Source: Desulfobacterales bacterium (GTDB lineage: Bacteria; Desulfobacterota; Desulfobacteria; Desulfobacterales; UBA5852). Taken from it: a DNA stretch of 64,000 nucleotides. Each line of letters opens with the position of its first letter. Within the stretch, counting starts at the first letter, position 1. The DNA is taken from assembly GCA_963674755.2 (NCBI GenBank), contig CAXXVS010000003.1, positions 1,984,001 through 2,048,000 on the forward strand. Direction: 5' to 3'. Made by a program: the position numbers and the translations under genes. This document shows positions 60,039 to 64,000 of this stretch, one piece after another. The notes beneath the pieces were generated by a model that saw nothing but the letters and a program-made list of their open reading frames with translations, was not told where the DNA came from and searched no databases.

Positions 60039-61253
60039 TCAGTTGACAAATACCTTCCCGATATTGGCCGTCGTCAAGGGATCGTCCAGATACATGCCCA
60101 GCCCGGTGCGCCGGATGGAAGCCATGCCGCGCTCGTCGTAGACCGGCATCTCGAGCTCCGGCGCCTCGTCGGGCGAGACTTCTTCGGCGATGCGAATCGC
60201 CGCTTCCAGTTTGGCAAAAGAGAAATCCACCAGGTGTCGCAGGAACGCGAAGGCATGACGAATCATATGAAAGCCGTATTTCTTGCACATGGCCTGCCCG
60301 ATGCGGGCGTCTTCCAGGGCACGTTCGGTGAGATGTTCCTCGTTGGTGGTGCAGGCGCTCTGGAAAGTGGGCAGATCGAGCATCATGTTCAAATGGGCCA
60401 TGAGCAGGTTGAGCAGGAAATGGCTGCGCAGGCCGTAGTTGGGATTGTATTCGAAGCGCGGGTCGGCGATGGTCGGGAAACCGGCGTGGATACAAGTGTG
60501 GCCGGGCCGCAGGAGCTGGGCCGCGCAGATGCCGAAGAGCACCTCGGCGTGGGTCATGGCCAGCACACCGTTGTAGCTGTAAGGCGCGCTGATGCCGGCC
60601 ATGGGCATGGCCGAGATGAACACCGGAAGACCGGCCCGGACGACCTTGACGAAGTGCTCCGAGAAGTTCTCGTTGACCTGCAGGCAGGGGCGTGTCAGGC
60701 AAAAGACGATCATTTCCCGGCCGCGCCGGGCATGGATTTCCACCGCACGATCCAGGGCCCGGTCGGAGGTCACGGCGTAGTACATGGGCTTGGCGCAATG
60801 GGCGGTCATGGTGTCCATCTGCTCCACTTCGTCCTTCAACTTGAGGCCGCGCCCCATACCGGCCACGATCGGGCTGGCGTCGGCGATGGCCGCAATACGG
60901 GCCACATGCTCGGCGGTGGGCATGACGCCCCCCTGTCCGGCGGCATCGTCGTAGACATAGGGGGCTGTGCCGCCGACGAAGAAGCTGTTGCGGGGCACGA
61001 AGAAATCGTCGATCCCCGGGGTCCGGGCCAGGCATTCTTTGACCAGGTCTTCGGTCACATAGACCCGGTTCTCATAAACGATGGCCTTGCCGTCCTCTTC
61101 GTACTGCCGGAAGGCGGCCAGCATGTCCGGCTGGGCGCAGCCGACCCCCATGTTCTCGAGCATCCAGAGCGCGTCTTCATGGACCTGCAGGAGCATGTCC
61201 ACCGTGGGAGACCCCAGAACATTGCGGGAAGTCTCCACCTGTTTCGTGTTCAT
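60039..61253 (-). CDS. MttB superfamily protein, non-pyrrolysine (paralog)
   Basis: VHEDALWMLENMGV, MPMAGISAP...HAEVLFG..AAQL..PG; no in-frame amber codon. Confidence 0.8.
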   Translation of the reverse strand: MNTKQVETSRNVLGSPTVDMLLQVHEDALWMLENMGVGCAQPDMLAAFRQYEEDGKAIVYENRVYVTEDLVKECLARTPGIDDFFVPRNSFFVGGTAPYVYDDAAGQGGVMPTAEHVARIAAIADASPIVAGMGRGLKLKDEVEQMDTMTAHCAKPMYYAVTSDRALDRAVEIHARRGREMIVFCLTRPCLQVNENFSEHFVKVVRAGLPVFISAMPMAGISAPYSYNGVLAMTHAEVLFGICAAQLLRPGHTCIHAGFPTIADPRFEYNPNYGLRSHFLLNLLMAHLNMMLDLPTFQSACTTNEEHLTERALEDARIGQAMCKKYGFHMIRHAFAFLRHLVDFSFAKLEAAIRIAEEVSPDEAPELEMPVYDERGMASIRRTGLGMYLDDPLTTANIGKVFVN

Positions 61254-61274
61254 TGTCGTCCTCATCGATGAAGG

Positions 61275-61946
61275 TCATTGTCGATGGTTGGGGCCCGCCT
61301 GATGCCTATCCAGGTCGGCCAGCCAGGTTTTGAACCGGTTTTCACCCGCAGGCCTGAGGCCATGGGCGGCGCCCGCGGAGAGAATGACGTGGACCATGTC
61401 GTGGGCATAGCCCCGGGAACAGGCGAGCAGCATCCCCCCGGAGCCGTCCTCACCCCGGGCCAGGACGACCGCCTGGCAGGGGACGTGCGCCAGCGGACCC
61501 TGAAGCAGGAAGGGCGTGCGGCGCTGCGGCGTCCCCAAGTCCAGGTTCGTCAAATGTTCGGTCACCTCGAAAACGCGGGGACCGAAGAGCGCCAGGAACA
61601 GCGTAGCTTCGGTCACGTCGGTGTATCCGGCGGCATCGGCCGGGACCGGTGCCGCTCCGCTTCCCAGAAACCATACCGCCGCCTGGGTGCCGTTCATGCG
61701 GTTGATCAGCAGCTGATTTTCCAGGCGGCAGGCCCCCGGCGCCTCCGGTACGGCAAGTCCGCCAGGTTGCATGTCGCCGACCCGACCGTCCTGAAGGTCC
61801 CAGCGGGGTTGGTGGCACAGATCGACCAGCCAGGGGCCCGGGCCCTCTTCATCCAAGGACAGCGCAACCTCCCAATGATCTCGCAGGTCGGTTTGCAGGG
61901 GGCGGGCAGGAAACATAACCGGTGATTGTCTCTTGATAGCGTGCAT
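61275..61946 (-). CDS. Sarcosine oxidase gamma-subunit-like protein
   Basis: GcvT-N-like fold features (LVDL, TDVT..LALFGP, SRGYA); directly downstream of the alpha subunit. Confidence 0.7.
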   Translation of the reverse strand: MHAIKRQSPVMFPARPLQTDLRDHWEVALSLDEEGPGPWLVDLCHQPRWDLQDGRVGDMQPGGLAVPEAPGACRLENQLLINRMNGTQAAVWFLGSGAAPVPADAAGYTDVTEATLFLALFGPRVFEVTEHLTNLDLGTPQRRTPFLLQGPLAHVPCQAVVLARGEDGSGGMLLACSRGYAHDMVHVILSAGAAHGLRPAGENRFKTWLADLDRHQAGPNHRQ

Positions 61947-61956
61947 GGCGGTCACC

Positions 61957-63999
61957 TCACATTTTCATCCGGGCGCCTTCGGGGTCATAGAAAGGCATGG
62001 CGACGACCCTGGCGTACCTAAGCTGACCGTCGCTCTCATCTTCGAAAATCGCCAGCCGGGTGCCCAGGCCGGCCAGCGGGGCGTCCACCAGCGCCATGCC
62101 GACGGCCTCTCCGGTGGTGAAACTTTTGCGGGCCGTGCACACGTATCCCCGGATCCGTTCGTCCACGATGATGGATCCATCCCGGGGAGCGCTGGCATTG
62201 TCTTCCATGCGAAGCCCCACCAGCTTGAGCCGATCCGCATCGTGTTCCGCCTGACGCAGCGCCACGGCCCCGACGGTTTTGGCATCCGATTTGGTGCGGT
62301 CCCAGAGGAACCCCAGACCGAGATCCAGCAGGTTGGTGCGTTGTTCCGATTCCTGCCCCAGGATGATATGCCCCTTCTCCATGCGCAGCACGTTCTGGGC
62401 TTCGACCCCGAAAGGCTTGACGCCCAAGGCCTGTCCGGCTTCTTCGAGGATCTCCCAGAGCGCCGGCATCCAGGAGGAGGCCGCATGCAGCTCGTAGGAC
62501 AGCTCGCCCACGAAGCCCAGGCGCATGGCCCGCACCGGAATTTCGCTTTTGATGGTGAACTCCCGATAGGCGGCAAAGGGGAAGGCCGTGCTGGAGACAT
62601 CCGTGTCCGCCACCTTTTCAAGCACCTGGCGGGCCTTGGGACCGGCGATGTTGACGACCCCCATGGCATCGGTGAGATTGACCAGATGAAAGGCCCAGTC
62701 GTCGTAGCGGGTGTGGTAGCGGATCCATTCGATGGTTTGACCGGCCCGGGCGGTGGAGGTGGTGAAGTAGTAGTCGTTTTCAGTGCGTTTGACGACAACC
62801 CCGTCATCGATGACGCAGCCGTCGTCGTTGCACATGGCTGAATATTTGATGCGGCCGGGGGAGAGCTTGCGCATGTCCGAGACATAGACCCGCTGGAGGG
62901 CCCTCAAGGCGTCCGGACCATGAAGGCGGAATTTGCCCAGGGTGGAGGCATCCAGCAGACCCACGTTGCGGCGCACATTGAGAATTTCTTCCCGACAGTC
63001 CTGGTCGTCGGAGAAATAGCGCGCCCGCTCCCATACACCGATACGGCGGAAGATGCCGCCGGCCGCGGCCTGGGCGTCGTGCACCGGGGTGCGCTTGGTC
63101 ATGGTGTGGTGGCGGCCGGCGTAGGTGGCCAGATAGGTGGGCACCAGGGGGGGGCGCACCGTAGTGGGTTTGGGCGTGGCTGCAGAAGCCGTCATTCGGG
63201 CGGTCACCAGGGGCAGATTGTGCCCGGGAATGCCGCCCTGGCCCGGACCGGTGCCGGCGGAGGTAAAGCGCTTGATCAGCTCGGGCACGTCGAAACCCAT
63301 GGCCACGGCCTGCTTGACGTTCTTGACGGTGGCGTCTTCGTCGAAGCAGATAAAACTCTTGCGCCCCCGCACCGGCGCTGTGACGAGTTTGCTGCCGCGC
63401 TCTGGTCCCGGCAGGGCTTCCAAAGCGGACGAAGCCTCCGCCCGTGCGGCGCCGTTGTCGGCCCCGCAGGCAGCCGCAGCCCGCAGTCCGGCATTGCGGC
63501 CCGAGGCTTCGATGGCCGCCGGATGATTGCGGCCGGTCATGCGGCCGGCGGTAAACATCTTCGCGGGCAGAGCGGTGGGAAGAAAATAGCCGGTATGGGC
63601 ATCGTAGGCCAAAGGGGCCTGGGCCAGGATCAGGGGACCGTTGACCGGTGTCAACCCGGCCGAGGCCACCAGCAGGTCGCAGGCCAGGCGGCGTTTGACC
63701 GTGCCCTCGACGGTCGCCAAGGTCACCCCCTTGACGTGCCGGCCCCCGTGCGCCTTGGCCGCCACCCATCCGGTGAGCACCGGAATGCTGTGCTCGGCCA
63801 ATGCCTGCAGGAGCTCGGGATCCTGGCCATCCTGGCGGCAGTCGGCCACGCAGTGGATCCGCACCCCAAGATCGCAGAGGTCGAGGGCCGTTTCGAGGCC
63901 CAGGTCGTGGCCCACGCTGAAGACCGCCTCCTTTCCGGGTAAAATCCCATAGGTGCGGGCCAGGCGCTGGGCGCATCCGGCCTGCATGACACCCGGGCG
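61957..63999 (-). CDS. Sarcosine oxidase alpha-subunit-like flavoprotein with GcvT domain (partial, window edge)
   Basis: CFDEDATV, KRFTSAGTG, TVRPP, DASTLGK, DDGV, GFVGELSYE, LRMEKGH. Confidence 0.88.
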   Translation of the reverse strand, partial: RPGVMQAGCAQRLARTYGILPGKEAVFSVGHDLGLETALDLCDLGVRIHCVADCRQDGQDPELLQALAEHSIPVLTGWVAAKAHGGRHVKGVTLATVEGTVKRRLACDLLVASAGLTPVNGPLILAQAPLAYDAHTGYFLPTALPAKMFTAGRMTGRNHPAAIEASGRNAGLRAAAACGADNGAARAEASSALEALPGPERGSKLVTAPVRGRKSFICFDEDATVKNVKQAVAMGFDVPELIKRFTSAGTGPGQGGIPGHNLPLVTARMTASAATPKPTTVRPPLVPTYLATYAGRHHTMTKRTPVHDAQAAAGGIFRRIGVWERARYFSDDQDCREEILNVRRNVGLLDASTLGKFRLHGPDALRALQRVYVSDMRKLSPGRIKYSAMCNDDGCVIDDGVVVKRTENDYYFTTSTARAGQTIEWIRYHTRYDDWAFHLVNLTDAMGVVNIAGPKARQVLEKVADTDVSSTAFPFAAYREFTIKSEIPVRAMRLGFVGELSYELHAASSWMPALWEILEEAGQALGVKPFGVEAQNVLRMEKGHIILGQESEQRTNLLDLGLGFLWDRTKSDAKTVGAVALRQAEHDADRLKLVGLRMEDNASAPRDGSIIVDERIRGYVCTARKSFTTGEAVGMALVDAPLAGLGTRLAIFEDESDGQLRYARVVAMPFYDPEGARMKM

Positions 64000-64000
64000 C

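Noticed and set aside
58761..61253. Pyrrolysine read-through fusing or interrupting the mttB genes
   Set aside because: Each ORF is uninterrupted and resembles a whole MttB; no in-frame TAG.

Overview
This is a GC-rich chromosomal window, most consistent with a sulfate-reducing Desulfobacterales-type bacterium (inferred from gene content, not from a search). In order it contains: (1) an acyl-CoA beta-oxidation cluster (1-7.8 kb); (2) a Mo-nitrogenase cluster nifA-nifH-I1-I2-D-K-E-N-B with sigma54 promoters and an accessory tail of ferredoxin, HEPN-like protein, small unknown protein and GNAT; (3) an accessory stretch holding the scar of a deleted type I-E CRISPR-Cas system (3' end of cas2 abutting the 3' end of a vapC, a leader and one repeat) and an unannotated zinc-ribbon microprotein; (4) a FadR-regulated glpD / alkyl-DHAP-synthase-like / FGGY-kinase operon; (5) alkaline phosphatase, an NhaD antiporter with an inserted PAS domain, yheT-like, rluA-like, AI-2E and E. 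coli-like parE-parC genes; (6) a minus-strand cluster of sarcosine-oxidase-like alpha/gamma, two non-pyrrolysine MttB homologues, an osmoprotectant ABC transporter, GFA, MmgE/PrpD and a 1510-aa GlmS-like protein whose duplicated SIS modules appear to divide the catalytic residues between them. Three families of dispersed intergenic palindromic repeats occur; one (~145 nt) shows compensatory stem changes with conserved linker motifs.
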